DNA from: Phoronis australis
Lineage: Eukaryota > Animalia > Phoronida
Direction: 5' to 3'
Length of the DNA: 64,000 bases
Assembly (NCBI GenBank): GCA_002633005.1
Contig: NMRA01000143.1
Span: forward strand, 315,402-379,401
The notes beneath the pieces were generated by a model. The model was not told where the DNA came from and ran no database searches. It worked only from the letters and a program-made list of their open reading frames with translations. The position numbers and the translations under genes were made by a program. Shown here one piece after another: positions 1 through 12,820 of the stretch. Each line of letters starts with the position of its first letter. The first letter of the stretch is position 1.

Positions 1-3000
1 GGTTTATTGTTATTTAATTGTAAATAGGTGATAATTGTCTTGCAGTTTCAATTTTTATTTTTTTGAAATTTATTTCTGTCTTAATTCCCATTCTCCAGTT
101 GGTTTTATTTCCATTTGTTCTTATTATTTTTGTATAGTTTCAATAGAAATAATGTCTTTGCAATGTATCGACTGATTTGGATATTTATGAAGCATCTGCA
201 TAGATAATGAAGAATTTCAAGACCGTGTCCAATAAAATGTGAAACGGTTAATATGTTAACGTGCTAATACGCAAAATTTCAGAATTTTGTTCTGAATATT
301 TGAATTGATGTGATTCACAAAAACATGAAAGCTCAAGCTGTTTTTCTGACAAAGCAAGTGATATTGTTTTGATATAATTTGTAAATATAGTGCAATAAAT
401 TTGTTAGCTTTTCAGTCAGTATACATTGAGGACTGTGTGGTTTGTGGAAGCTGCAGTTTAGCCTGTTTAGCTGGCTAAAAAAAGGAAAATGCAATGAAGT
501 CTTTTATTCTCATAAAATTGGGCACACAATATTCTTTGTTGTGATAGGATTCTGTTTCTGTTATCAAGTCAAGTCGGAGGCAATGCGTACATGTGCCATT
601 TTTGAATTTACAAATTTTAGGATTTTCTAACCCCAATAGAATCTGAAGAGTATTTTTGAGTCACTGGTGTTTACAGTGTTCTTTTTGGTATATTCTGTCA
701 CATAAATGGATATTATGAGACCAATTTTATGAGAGTAAAGGGCATGATTCGATTTTTGATTTTTAAGCCTCTGAATAGTGCAAAATGCAGCCTTAAATAT
801 CTCGACATCTTTGTCTAGATACCGTGGTGATGATGTGGCAAAGCTTGGATGTCTCGTTTGTTTATGACAGTTTGCAGAGAGGCAGTATCCAACCTAGCAA
901 TGGGTGAGGCAGTACGCTCTGATACAAACTGTTTGCACATTATACTCTTCTATTTTCACCAGTAAACTGTAATAACCATCACCTATATAACATGACTCTA
1001 CTTGAGGGTCAGTCTGTATTTTTTGTAAAGGGTATAGCTTGTGGTTCTTGGCAGTATCGAAACTCTAACGTAAGGTAGCCACTCAAAAAAATTACTATAT
1101 TGTTGTTTTCATAGTGCACGTGACCATCCTTTCTGCCAGGAGTCTCATTTTGTGACTAAGGTAAAGTCTTCCTTATGTCATTCAAAAACCAGCCGTTCAT
1201 TACAGGATTTATTTGCATTCTCCGTACCTTCAAGGCTTGAAAATCGCCACATTCAACTTTTGAAATATGGATTTTGAGCATTTATTTGTCTTCAAAATAT
1301 CAACTGAAAATTACCGAAATTGATTGCGGTGTATATGATTTAAAGGCTTCTAGCATTGTTCTGGAGGTGCCCAAGTTTTTGAAACATTGTCTCATGGTAT
1401 GACATTGAGCTTTTAAGTGAAGACATCTGTATGGTGCTTCTTATCCTTATGAAAAACTTCACTTGTCTGCCATGTTATGAGTTGTGTTGCTTGTGAGTTC
1501 ATGACTCATCTTTAGCAATCATCACTCTGTGAGCCAATACTTTGTGTCTGTTGGTTGTATAGTTTCAATAGTCTTCCAATGGTTTTCATAGCAGTGCTCA
1601 ATCAGCAAAAAATGATTGTTTGAATCTCTGCCTTGTAAAAAAATGTGATTAGATTTTGTGGATGTTATCTGCATTGATAAGTGCTGTCTTTAGCTGTGCA
1701 TGATCTGTTTCTATGAAATATAAACTGTTATGAACCTATTTCCAAATAGTCTGATGTAGGGATTCAGTTGTAATACTTCAGGCGCTGGTAGCGCCGTCTT
1801 TAGGTACCACTGTGAACCTACGAAATCTGAGTCTTGTAAAGTTACTGTAGCTAAATTGGTTGATGCAAATTTGATTTATTCATGTTTCAAACTGGAGATT
1901 TCAACTTTTGCTTTGTCACTGTGACAATGACAGATGTGTAATTTAGGCATGGAATTTGAATAAAATGAAGAGGTTCACCGTGAACTCCGCATTTTGTGGG
2001 TAGGCATTGTGTTCCTTTGTGTACCTTTTGCTGCAAATCCAACTGGCATAACCTTGTTTGCTTAAGTTCAGTTTCAGGTGTGAGGCAGGGATGAGAATCG
2101 CGAACCTGGTACAGAAATTCACTGGCCATGGAATTTTATTGCAATGGTTAATTATGCAGGACCATGCACTAATAAAGATGATGTCTTGGACTGAAAACAC
2201 TAGTCACGTACATTAAGAAACACGAGACCACAGGTTTTGAATGGGTGTTTCTGAGAATACTTCCCTTTTCAAAGGTGAGGTACCATTTTCTACATATTCT
2301 CGTGATCACTAGATTTCGTTGTTTTTTAAAATGGGGGCAATCATATGACATAATTTAATGCGTGCTATCCCGTCCCCACAAACAAGCCTTGGTTTCAAAT
2401 TGGCCTCAAGTTGTTCCTTGGTCAAGTTTCTTGGTTTGGAAGGTTCTGACAGTTCGTAATTGTTCGAGGCTGGCCTAAGTTCGTTGGTGGTACTGGCGAG
2501 TCATGTTCTCTCCAATCATGCTCTCGAACAATAACAAAATTGCCATTTCCCAAGCCCGGCTACGAACTATTCACGTCTTGGGAACTAGATGAGATTGCTG
2601 AGTTTTCTCCGCGGTAAGTCAGGTCTAAATTAAGAGTTGGTTTCTTTTTATACTTAGTTCCTAGCTTTGATGGACTCGGAACTCGGTTTTCTGTCAGCTT
2701 AATTTTGGCAGGTTGTGAATCTCCAGTATGTCCAATTTGCATTAAAACTAACGCACGTATCTATTTGGAGGAGTTTTGGTTATGCAGTTACTTATGTGGG
2801 TAGCCTTTTGGTGACTTGTCTTGCATGCATGTGCCCCTTTGAGCTTTATACTGGCTTAATTGTTTGCAATTTGCTGGAGGCAGTTTCTGCTGGAAATATA
2901 TGGTTATATTAGATGATTTTTTAAATTATCTACATTAGATATTGTTCATACATTTATATCTCTAATGGTTCTGTTTTATGCAGTTGTTGTAAATGATATA

Positions 3001-3309
3001 TGTCACAATTAAACGATATTGCCTAATAGTTGCAGCTTTTCATTTACTAACGAAGGCAATCACGGGGGGACCCGTTTACCGTCGCTGTTGATGTAATATT
3101 TCGTATATCCACCGACCTCTCTATTGTCAACAACAGAGGTTTAGCTTGTACGTCCCCATTCGTGCATCAATCCCCCTCCTGGGGGCCGGTTGTTTTCTCC
3201 CTTGTAGAGAGATGTAGTTACCTACCGGCAGTCAAAATCCAAACCAAGATAAATGCAATAACCGTCACTAGTCGCGGCGGAATATGGGTACCCAAGGCAA
3301 TATCAAGTC

Positions 3310-5079
3310 ATCGGCGGATCCAGGATTTTGAGTTAGGGGGAGATCAGAGTATCATTAGCCAGGATTTTGCCAGTCAGACATTCATGAAATTTGGCACATT
3401 TGTTCCATTCATGAATGGGACAGCATGAGCGAACTTTCGGACAAAGCCGACTACCGGTGTGCCCCTAGTGGCAATTTTATTTTTTTTTACGTTTACCTTT
3501 GTATCTTCAAAAGTTCTTAAGGGATTTTCATGAAATTTGATATGTAGGCACCTATTAGTGAGGTGACGCTATCCTCCCGTTTTCGGATGGACTCGACGTA
3601 GTTTGCGCCACCTAGTGGCTATTTTTACTGTTTTCGAGTCTGTTTTTTGCGTCCACCCCTCTATCAACCAAACTGCTCAAAGGATGATTGTGAAAATTGG
3701 CATGTATGTTCTTACTATGAGGAGGACGGTTGACCATGATTTTCCGACGATTTAGACTACTGTGGCGCCTCCTAGTGGCAGTTTTGTTTTTGTTGCGCCT
3801 ATGGTTGTATCTCCTAAACCGTTCGCAGGATCTTCACTTAATTTAGCAAGTGTATTTATATGATGTTGACTACGGATGACGACAACTTTCGGACAGATCT
3901 GATTACTGCTGTGCCCCCTAGTGGCAATTTTAGTTTTTTACCTTTAACTCAGTATCTTCAAATGTCCTCAACAGATTTTCATAAAATTTTAAATATAGGC
4001 ATCTATTGGTGTGATGACGCTATCTTCCTGTTTTTGGATGGAGTGACTGACTATTGTGGCGCCTCCTAGTGGTAGTTTTGTTTTGCGCCCATAGCTGTAT
4101 CTCTTAAACCCACTGCAGGATCTTTACTAAATTTAGTAAGTGTATTTATATGAAGATAACAACAGACGACGACGACTTTCAGGAGGATCCAACGGACACT
4201 GTGCCCACTAGTGGCAATTTCATTTTATTCTGTTTTACTTTGTATCTCTGAAGTTCCTTGACAGATTTTTATGAAATATGGCATGTTCCTGTTTTTGGAT
4301 GTATTGTATGTTTTTGCGCCATCTAGTGGCCATTTTATGATACAAATAAACAACCCTAAAAACACCATTTGCAATGCATTCGTGGGTGCATTTCAACGCT
4401 CCACGTGGCTCTTGTTCAAAGAAAATGGAATCTGAGTGATGATAAAAAACAGATGCTGCTGGTAAGGTGTGAATTTTAATCGGAGCCTTAGTGAATCACT
4501 CAGAAACTCATAATTCTCTCCTTGTCAAACCTTAACTTAAAACGATTTCCAAAGCAATCGCGTCATTAATGCCAACACAAAAAAACGGATTTGGTTTATT
4601 GGGCAATTGAAGACTATTGTAAATACAACAAATTTGTTACGGCGAACTGATTGCACAAACTATAAAGAGTGCAACTAAGCATTACAAAAAGAAGTAGGTT
4701 TCGCTCGCAAACGCTGTGGACCATAAAGAAGTAGGGTCTCTTAGAATCAAAGTACGAGTGAAATCGTAGTGGTGCAGTGGTAAAGCACGCGCGTTACCCG
4801 CCAGCTCGTGAGCTCGAGTCTGTGGTAATTGCAGTTTTTCAAGTTTGACAGTTCTCCGTGTTATTTTTTGTTTGCCTTTTTTCTTGAATAATAATTCAGG
4901 AATCAAGGAAAGTGCTTGATTTTTAGAGGAAAAAACAGACAAATTTTCCTGGCGGGAGGGGGCAAACTCCCCTCCCGACCTGCCCTCATTCGGTGCTATG
5001 CGCATCTACAACCGTGCTTTGCGCAAATGTTTACAGAAAAAAATGTTAGGCCCCTTGTGATATCCTAGATCCGCCACTG
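3310..5079. mobile_element. Possible TIR element (CAxxGGCGGATCYAG ends) that encloses HINE copy A
   Basis: CATCGGCGGATCCAGG at 3310 and CTAGATCCGCCACTG ending at 5079 are imperfect inverted repeats. Similar ends occur at about 22685-22819 and 13231-13284. No TSD found. Confidence 0.35.
3378..4416 (+). mobile_element. Non-autonomous Helentron-type (HINE/Pearl-like) element, copy A, truncated at one end
   Basis: Reverse complement of the elements at 15325-16828 and 33518-35424. Ends in a subterminal IR (GTGGGTGCAT), a stem-loop and CTCTTGTT. Seven internal units, each with a xxCTAGTGG motif. The microsatellite end is missing. Strand follows Helentron convention. Confidence 0.75.
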
Positions 5080-5622
5080 CCCCGGCCTCTGATACGATAC
5101 CAGAGGACAAACTACCCACCAGAGACGATACATTCAAAAGCGCAAAATATTCAATCGAGTTTGCGACTGCAGGTTCCTATAACTCTCGTCCAAAGGGGCA
5201 CCTCCCTTCCGGCTGGCCTCTCCATTATGAAAGTTTTATGATGTCATTTTGAACTTCAATTTTTATCTGTTTTATATCTTTCGTCATCTTTGTAATATAT
5301 ACTGTTCCTTTTTTGTTCATGTGTTGTAACTGTGATTGGTTCACCCGAGTGAATGACAAATACGGGCCTGATCCCTGTAGACCCCAGAATTACGATCATC
5401 CCCCGGAATTACATTGACCCCTACAGGCTATTATCGACTCCATGTGGAGGATACTATCGACCCACTTGCAGTGTACTCACTTCCACGACTGTACTAAACA
5501 GGAACACTGATTGTCGCGCAACTTCGCCAGTTGAAAAAGAGCAGTTTTATTCGACATTACTCGTAGAGCAGGCCTTGGCAAAGATGGGGTGTCGTTCAAT
5601 TTTTGCCAGCTTGCTCTGATTT

Positions 5623-6591
5623 TCAGGGTGAATTGCACTGTGTTTCTACGGCTATGCCCGTCTCGATTACTAAAGAGTCGTGTTCAGAAATCACTTTTGC
5701 GTTCGAGTCACTTGGATTTTCTATCACGACTAAAATAGGCTCGTCCCTACCCGCGGTGTTGTGAGAACATTCCGGATCTGCTACCGGTGTCGTGTGTTCT
5801 GACCGAATCTGAGCTTTGTTCGAGTTTCTAGTTTTGAAGGATCTACTAGCACGTGGCTTGTCATTAACTTGGCATCGTTCGGCCTTCTCGCCGTTCCCGG
5901 GGGAACACTTCTCAAGTGCACATTCCAACGTCCCTTGGTCGAACAAACGGTTACCGGAATAAACGATGGCGCTGGAGGACTTTGTAGTCTTGATTGTACT
6001 AGAATTGGTAAAATTTTTGTGACGGAGGTGGGTGTGTCGTACTTTCGACTTTTTAATTTCAGGATTACTCAACTCCTCACGCACTTTCTTTTTTATCCCA
6101 CCGTATTTCAGGAAAAGGTTTGTCTTTGCCGGGCTGGGGGGCTTCTTAATACTTTTTGAACGCGGCTTTTGTGGCACGTCCGAGATTGGCACGAAGAGGT
6201 CTCGCCTTTCGTAACTGTCGCTTCGTTTTTTGAACTTGTGTTTGGCGGCAAGTGCTCGATTCTTCAGATCATAAGAACGTTCAGCTAAAGGTTGGGCCAC
6301 AATTGACTTCGATAGCTTTGGCTGTTTGTCTACGAAATCTGAATGACCAGCGAGGTTCGACGGCTCTGATCTGCGAGGCATCGTCTTTTCTGGCAAGTGT
6401 TCGGCCGAGGCGTAGTGCACCGTCAACTCGTCCAAGCTGTGGTGGTTAGCACTCCGCATGATACGATCTGCTATCATGTCAGCCATGAAGCGACAGTAGT
6501 ATCTGCCCAACACTCGAGATTTTTTGAATTGGAAGATCTTAGTTCGTGAGACACGATAGTCGGGAATGTGCAAGATTGGCTCGGAATTCAT
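5623..6591 (-). CDS. Intronless 322-aa Lys/Arg/Ser-rich hypothetical protein, probably largely disordered
   Basis: Uninterrupted 969-nt ORF in AT-rich DNA. The region is CpG-rich relative to its flanks. A splice-acceptor-like site (tttacatatgtcacag, 6653) lies just upstream. No recognisable domain. Confidence 0.5.
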   Translation of the reverse strand: MNSEPILHIPDYRVSRTKIFQFKKSRVLGRYYCRFMADMIADRIMRSANHHSLDELTVHYASAEHLPEKTMPRRSEPSNLAGHSDFVDKQPKLSKSIVAQPLAERSYDLKNRALAAKHKFKKRSDSYERRDLFVPISDVPQKPRSKSIKKPPSPAKTNLFLKYGGIKKKVREELSNPEIKKSKVRHTHLRHKNFTNSSTIKTTKSSSAIVYSGNRLFDQGTLECALEKCSPGNGEKAERCQVNDKPRASRSFKTRNSNKAQIRSEHTTPVADPECSHNTAGRDEPILVVIENPSDSNAKVISEHDSLVIETGIAVETQCNSP

Positions 6592-8786
6592 CGTTGCTCT
6601 TTAAAACATGTTCATCCTATCCGGCAGATGTTCGCTGAAAACAGTACGTCACCTGTGACATATGTAAACGTCTTCTTCACTTTCAAAGAGTTCCGCTTAG
6701 CTTTGGAAAGATACCGACTCAATTTAAAGCCGTCTGAAACCGAAAGGAATGTGTGAAATAAATTAGGCGGCTGCTAGTCTACATACGCGAGCATCTATTC
6801 ACTAAGTTCATGTGATATTCTGCAAGATCTATAGCACGAGTCGTAAGTCGTAAGTAATTGTTTACGTAATAAACAAAAAATAGACAGAAGTTGGACACAC
6901 ATACACAAAATTAGCACATAGCCGACCGTTTTCGGGACACCGCTACTAGAGACAACACGACAGGCATCGGAGTTGCTCAGAGGTCATTGCTCGGCGAACA
7001 TTGGTCGAGGCTCGAAGGGCGTAACACGAGTCAGTGGAGTGTAAGAGACATAGACATATTACGTCTATTTGTGAGGACTCAGTCCTGAAGTACTGTATGT
7101 TTGCATCCGTCGCCGACCGTGGTGAGCGGACGTCGGACGGACGCGTCACTTTTTTCAGTGATGCGCCGCTCTTGGCCATATGTGACACTCGTCTGTCATA
7201 GGCATCCCTAAATTTAATAAACAAGTCCATTTTGGAACCGAAAAACTCGATGGGTTACAGTACTTAGGGCTCGACCCCGTCACGATTGCACAACCATTAG
7301 AGTGATACAATCAGTTTCTTAGAGAATCGCAATATGCGACATGCCTAAAACTAAGTTGTCATTAACTCTGTCTCTCCTGCATGTGCGTTTTGATGTGAAT
7401 GTTCAGGTTTAACTTAATATTTTGCCCTCATAAGGCTTCATGTCACAGCATGGTGTCATTCATGAATGACTTGGGGGCCGAGTACACAGTTTGCACTGTA
7501 GACCGTAATACATGCATAAACAACATTTCCTTTCATGTCACTCTCTCATAATTCATAAATAAACACTGGTCACATTAAACAAAAATATTTTATTACTGAC
7601 GTATGGCACTTGGTTAAATATTTGCCCAGACAATAATTATGCACCGGTTAAGTATTCACAGTGATGAAATAATAATTATAAATAAACCATAAACGTTCAC
7701 ACGAAGAAGCATTAAAGCCGTGCTTTGTGTCAAAAAGTTTTGATTAAGGTACTTGACATAACTTATGAATTTGGCGTAGTCTTGTTCATTCTACTCAGTC
7801 TGAATACTAACAACAATGAGAACGCCAGTTCCTTCCAGACAAACTTTGACTAAGAATTAACTAATTTCACAACAGCAAGTGGCCTAAATCAAAACTTATT
7901 TTTTACAGAAAGCAAGTGTTAAGACCCTTTAACCAGAAAATCAACCAAGTCAAAAAATGTTGCCTTAGAGTCTGCGTAAAAGACGAGTTTGATTCAGTGT
8001 AGATCTGACCGGTTCAAACATGTACTGAACAATCCATTTGCGGCTATTCAAAACCTATAGGGGGTAATAAAATCAACAACCTTCTCAGCCAGGACCTTAA
8101 AATCCTTTGTTAAGCTGTGTTTACTTACACACACTAACTGTGACAGCTTTATGACTATGGACAGGGTTCACAAAAACTACATTCAATGACCTTGTAGTGA
8201 CAATCTCTAAAGGTCTATTGTGTGTGAATGACACCCACGATTTACAACCCTACAGCAAAAGTCTGAGTCACTATGCTGACTACTTATACCCCTACAAGCC
8301 CAAAATGCAGAGAGTCTCCAGTGTGGTTCAGTACAGTTCAGATGGTTATGCTTTGTGTCCTGTCTCATTTCAAAACATGCACATTAGTGCTCAAAAAGAA
8401 AAAAGGGCCAAACCGAGTAATTTTTAGGAAAGCTCTCTGTCTTATTTTAAGACACATAAATGACTAGAGTACAAGGTAGTTTTTAAACAAAGTGCCACGC
8501 TTGTCAACTCAGCCAAATCACCTGACCCCCTTATTGCTTTAAAACGTGTCCCAACAACCAACTCAGCGTTACCACTGCAATTCTGAAGCTGGTTTGTGAG
8601 ACAACAAAAAACCGGGACCATTTTTACTATTCTCCGTTGGGTTTTTGTCTTTAAAAATTGCAGGGTTAAAAAGTAGTGCATTAACAAACTAATTTTTCAA
8701 AACAATCCCAGACCACAACCAACAGTGCTTTTTTGCCAAAACATCAGTATACACAACCAAATGTGGCTGTTATGCAGTGATTTGGC

Positions 8787-8890
8787 ACTCTGTAATGCTT
8801 GGGTACTCTGTAATGCTTGGGTACTCTGTAATGCTTGGATGCTTGGGTACTCTGTAATGCTTGGGTACTCTGTAATGCTTGGGTACTCAT
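8787..8890. repeat. 18-bp minisatellite ACTCTGTAATGCTTGGGT, about 5 copies
   Basis: Tandem units read directly. The second haplotype copy (about 10455-10478) has only one unit. Confidence 0.9.
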
Positions 8891-9188
8891 ACAAGAGCAA
8901 CACGGAGCGTTGAAATGCGCCCACAATTGCACCGCATACGGTATCCTTCTAGGGTTGTTTATTGGTACCATAAAGTGGCCAGTAGAGGGCATACTTTGCA
9001 AAATGGAAAGGCATGGTCATTGTCTCCTCAATAGGCTAGGGGCAAAATGTGAGTAATCTTCATAATACAAGCACATCCTATACACCAGTTGCTTAAAGCA
9101 CCACAGAAACATAGAATTAAAAACAAATTTACCAACATACGAGATTAGCACAGCATTAGAATGCCAGAAACAAATTTCTACTTGGAAC
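8891..9188 (-). mobile_element. End fragment of a HINE element (same subfamily as 15325-16828), cut off by the N gap
   Basis: ACAAGAGCAACACGGAGCGTTGAAATGCGCCCACA... matches about 15326-15637. Confidence 0.85.
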
Positions 9189-12099
9189 NTTCAAGTCACT
9201 CTCTCATAATTCATAAATAAACACTGGTCACATTAAACAAAAATATTTTATTACTGACGTATGGCACTTGGTTAAATATTTGCCCAGACAATAATTATGC
9301 ACCGGTTAAATATTTCACAGTGATGAGATAATAATTATAAATAAACCATAAACGTTCACACGAAGAAGCATTAAAGCTGTGCTTTGTGTCAAAAAGTTTT
9401 GATTAAGGTACTTGACATAACTTATGAATTTGGCGTAGTCTTGTTCATTCTACTCAGTCTGAATACTAACAACAATGAGACCGCCAGTTCCTTTCAGACA
9501 AACTTTGACTAAGAATTAACTAATTTCACAACAGCAAGTGACCTAAATCAAAACTTATTTTTTACAGCAAGCAAGTGTAAGACCCTTTAACCAGAAAATC
9601 AAGCAAGTCAAAAAATGTTGCCTTAGAGTCTGCGTAAAAGACGAGTTTGTTTCAGTGTAGATCTGACCAGTTTAAACATGTGCTGAACAATCCATTGTCG
9701 GCTATTCAAAACCTATAGGGGGTAATAAAATCAACAACCTTCTTAGCCAGGACCTTAAAATCCTTTGTTAAGCTGTGTTTACTTACACACACCAATTTTG
9801 ACAGCTGTACGACTATGGACAGGGTTCACAAAAACTACATTCAATGACCTTGCATGACAATCTCTAAAGGTCTATTGTGTGTGAATGACACCCACGATTT
9901 ACAACCCTACAGCAAAAGTCTGAGCCACTATGCTGACAACTTACCCCTACAAGCCCAAAATGCAGAGAGTCTCCAGTATGGTTCAGTACAGTAAAAAAAC
10001 ATTAATCAGCGATGGTTATGCTTTGTGTGCCCTGTCTCATTTCAAAACATGCACCTTAGTGCTCAAAAAGAAAAAAAAACGCATAATTTGTAGCAAAGCT
10101 CTCAATTTTATTTTAAGACACATAAATGACTAGAGTACAAGGTAGTTTTTAAACAAAGTGCCACGCTTGTCAACTCAGCCAAATCACCTGACCCCCTTAT
10201 TGCTTTAAAACGTGTCACAACAACCAACTCAGCGTTACCACTGCAATTCTGAAGCTGGTTTGTGAGACAACAAAAAACCCGGACCATTTTTACTATTCTC
10301 CGTTGGGTTTTTGTCTTTAAAAAATTGCTGAGTTAAAAAGTACTGCATTAACAAACTAATTTTTCAAAACAATCCCAGACCACAACCAACAGTGCTTTTT
10401 TTGCCCAAACATCAGTATACACAACCAAATGTGGCTGTTATGCAGTGATTTGGCACTCTGTAATGCTTGGGTACTCATAAAAGGCAGTTCCAATATTGAG
10501 AGGTATTAAGTAGACAGATGAAAGATACACCAAGGAAGGCAAGAAACAGGCTCACAAAAGATAATCTCAGCTTCTAGACAGATATAGAACAATCATTTTG
10601 TTAACTCTCATCCACAAAACAGGTTTAAGATAAATATTTGACAAGCTTTAATATTTTCATGTTGTGCAGCATAGATACAGTGTAGTACTCTGTCAACTTG
10701 TGTAAACAACCTTTGCTAGCAAGCCCTGGTGGATAGTGTAAATTTTCTTCAGTTTTCAGACCAACCAAAAATGATTGCTAAAATAATGAAATGCCAGCAG
10801 TATTGTTCATAACCTGTTGTCTAACCCGGAAGTTGGCATCCAGGGCTGAATTCCTAGAAGCAAGAAACTTGAGGAAATGCAATATCATTCAAGTCTTCGC
10901 AAGATTTTGCCATACAGCATAAGCGATGCCTTTTGTCTAGGGAACACAGCCCTGGTCTCTCTAAATGTAGTCTGAAAACACCTATCCCCATCAGACCTCG
11001 GTCTCCACTAATCAGATGGCCAGGTCCTTTGCAACATATTTCAGAGGTTATTGGTGCAATATGAGCTTTAACCTGCAATGTAGCTGGGCATTCCTTTTTA
11101 GACATAACAAGATATATTCCATTACCATTAATAAATATAGTCACTAGATATTGAGCACGTATAGGGAAGTTGTTCCGATTAATTGTTGTCAGAGGGAAGA
11201 CCTTAAAAGACTCTCTAACCAAATTACATCAATGGTCTACATGATGGCAAATCTTACAACAAAGCGTATTGCACATATCCATTAGGAACAAGAACTAAAA
11301 TAGCCAGTCTACCTCCCTCCAAAGTGCACTTGCACTTCTGCAGTAATTATTATCTTCTCTTCATTTTTTTTCATGACATTATTTCTCTCCCACAACACTT
11401 CCCCCCCATTTTCTTTCTGTCAACAACAGCGACCGTTCATGAGAAAAGAACAATGTTTGTGAGATGCATGAGAGAAACAAATGATGACAAATGTGAGAAG
11501 ACACGTGCGGTTCGTGAGAGAGGAAGAATGGCTATCCTGAGAATAATTATGCAACCAAATACACAACATTGGGCACAAAATCAAGGAGTCATACATTAAT
11601 TCACTACTTTATAAAAATATCCATTTTCTCTTCATGGTCGAAGTTTGTTAGGTGGGGTTCAAACACCAAAATATAAATGAAATAAAGAACTGAAACAGTT
11701 TCAAAAAACAAAAACGAATTTACTTTCATTACCATGTGTTTGTGGGCATTTGAGATATTTTATTCTTTGTTTTAACTAATTAAAATTAAACATTTAACAA
11801 GATTTTTAATTTAAAAAAATAGAGAATTCTTACTTTATAAAAATCAAGACCACCAACTTTCACATTTCATCACAGTATGAATAAATTGTTTTGTTATCGT
11901 GTGGTACCATAACTTGTTTCTGTTAATTTAATACAATCATGCATATAGACACATATCCCTGCTCATTCAACAAACAAACAATTTTGAAGAAACATGATTT
12001 AGTTCTAACAATGCACTGAATGGAAAATTCCGCACCCATTTATGAATGGACCAAAATTTGGCCCAATTTCACAAAACAATATGGTCAATACATACAGTA

Positions 12100-12450
12100 C
12101 AAGCCAAAAGTAATCAGACAAAATGACCCACAATTCCCCATAATGATGACTGATCAGAAGCCAAAAGTATTCAGACAAAATGACCCACAATTCCCCATAA
12201 TGATGGCTGATCAGAAGCCAAAAGTATTCAGACAAAATGACCCACAATTCCCCATAATGATGGCTGATCAGAAGCCAAAAGTATTCAGACAAAATGACCC
12301 ACAATTCCCCATAATGATGGCTGATCAGAAGCCAAAAGTATTCAGACAAAATGACCCACAATTCCCCATCATGATGGCTGATCAGAAGCAAAAAGTATTC
12401 AGACAAAATGACCCACAATTCCCCATCACGATGGCTCATCAGAAGCCAAA
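12100..12450. repeat. 60-bp minisatellite, about 6 copies, in the probable MFSD12 3' UTR
   Basis: Unit AAGCCAAAAGTATTCAGACAAAATGACCCACAATTCCCCATAATGATGGCTGATCAG.. repeats at 60-bp spacing. Confidence 0.92.
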
Positions 12451-12820
12451 TTAATCATCAGAGCATTCTCTCAAGAATGAAAGGGAAGTGACAGGAAAAT
12501 GAGTAACTTGGCTAAGCCATTCAGTAATTAGAACTGTGACACCCTAGTTCTACTACTGATAGTCATTTTCGTTGTTAACAGAATTAGTTGACGTGATGGG
12601 GAACAATATTTCACCTCATTACTTTTGTCTTTTACTGCACACAAATTAACTGTGCCAAGAAAACAACAGTGTTAAGGAATACCCGAATTCTATGATCACA
12701 GGATAATATACAGATTAGCACCATGTGTATATTTTATTCATTTCTTGTGCAGTTGAATTGACTGGAATTTTCGAACAACACGTCACATATCCCTGAAAAC
12801 AAACCCAAATCTCCACATGG

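Larger units (their letters stand above)
7537..10479. repeat. Near-identical duplication (7537-8890 vs 9195-10479) across an N gap; probably an uncollapsed allelic haplotype
   Basis: Colinear copies differing by scattered SNPs and small indels, joined through the N at 9189. Confidence 0.85.

Noticed and set aside
1-3030. Coding exons of a gene to the left
   Set aside because: T-rich sequence resembling a plus-strand 3' UTR (ATTAAA at about 3009), but no coding exon can be supported within the window.
4765-4820. tRNA-like start GTGGTGCAGTGGTAAAGCAC
   Set aside because: No convincing B box or cloverleaf follows.
12005-12454. Two 144-aa ORFs on opposite strands with 20-aa repeats
   Set aside because: They arise from the stop-free 60-bp minisatellite in the probable 3' UTR, with no unique coding context.
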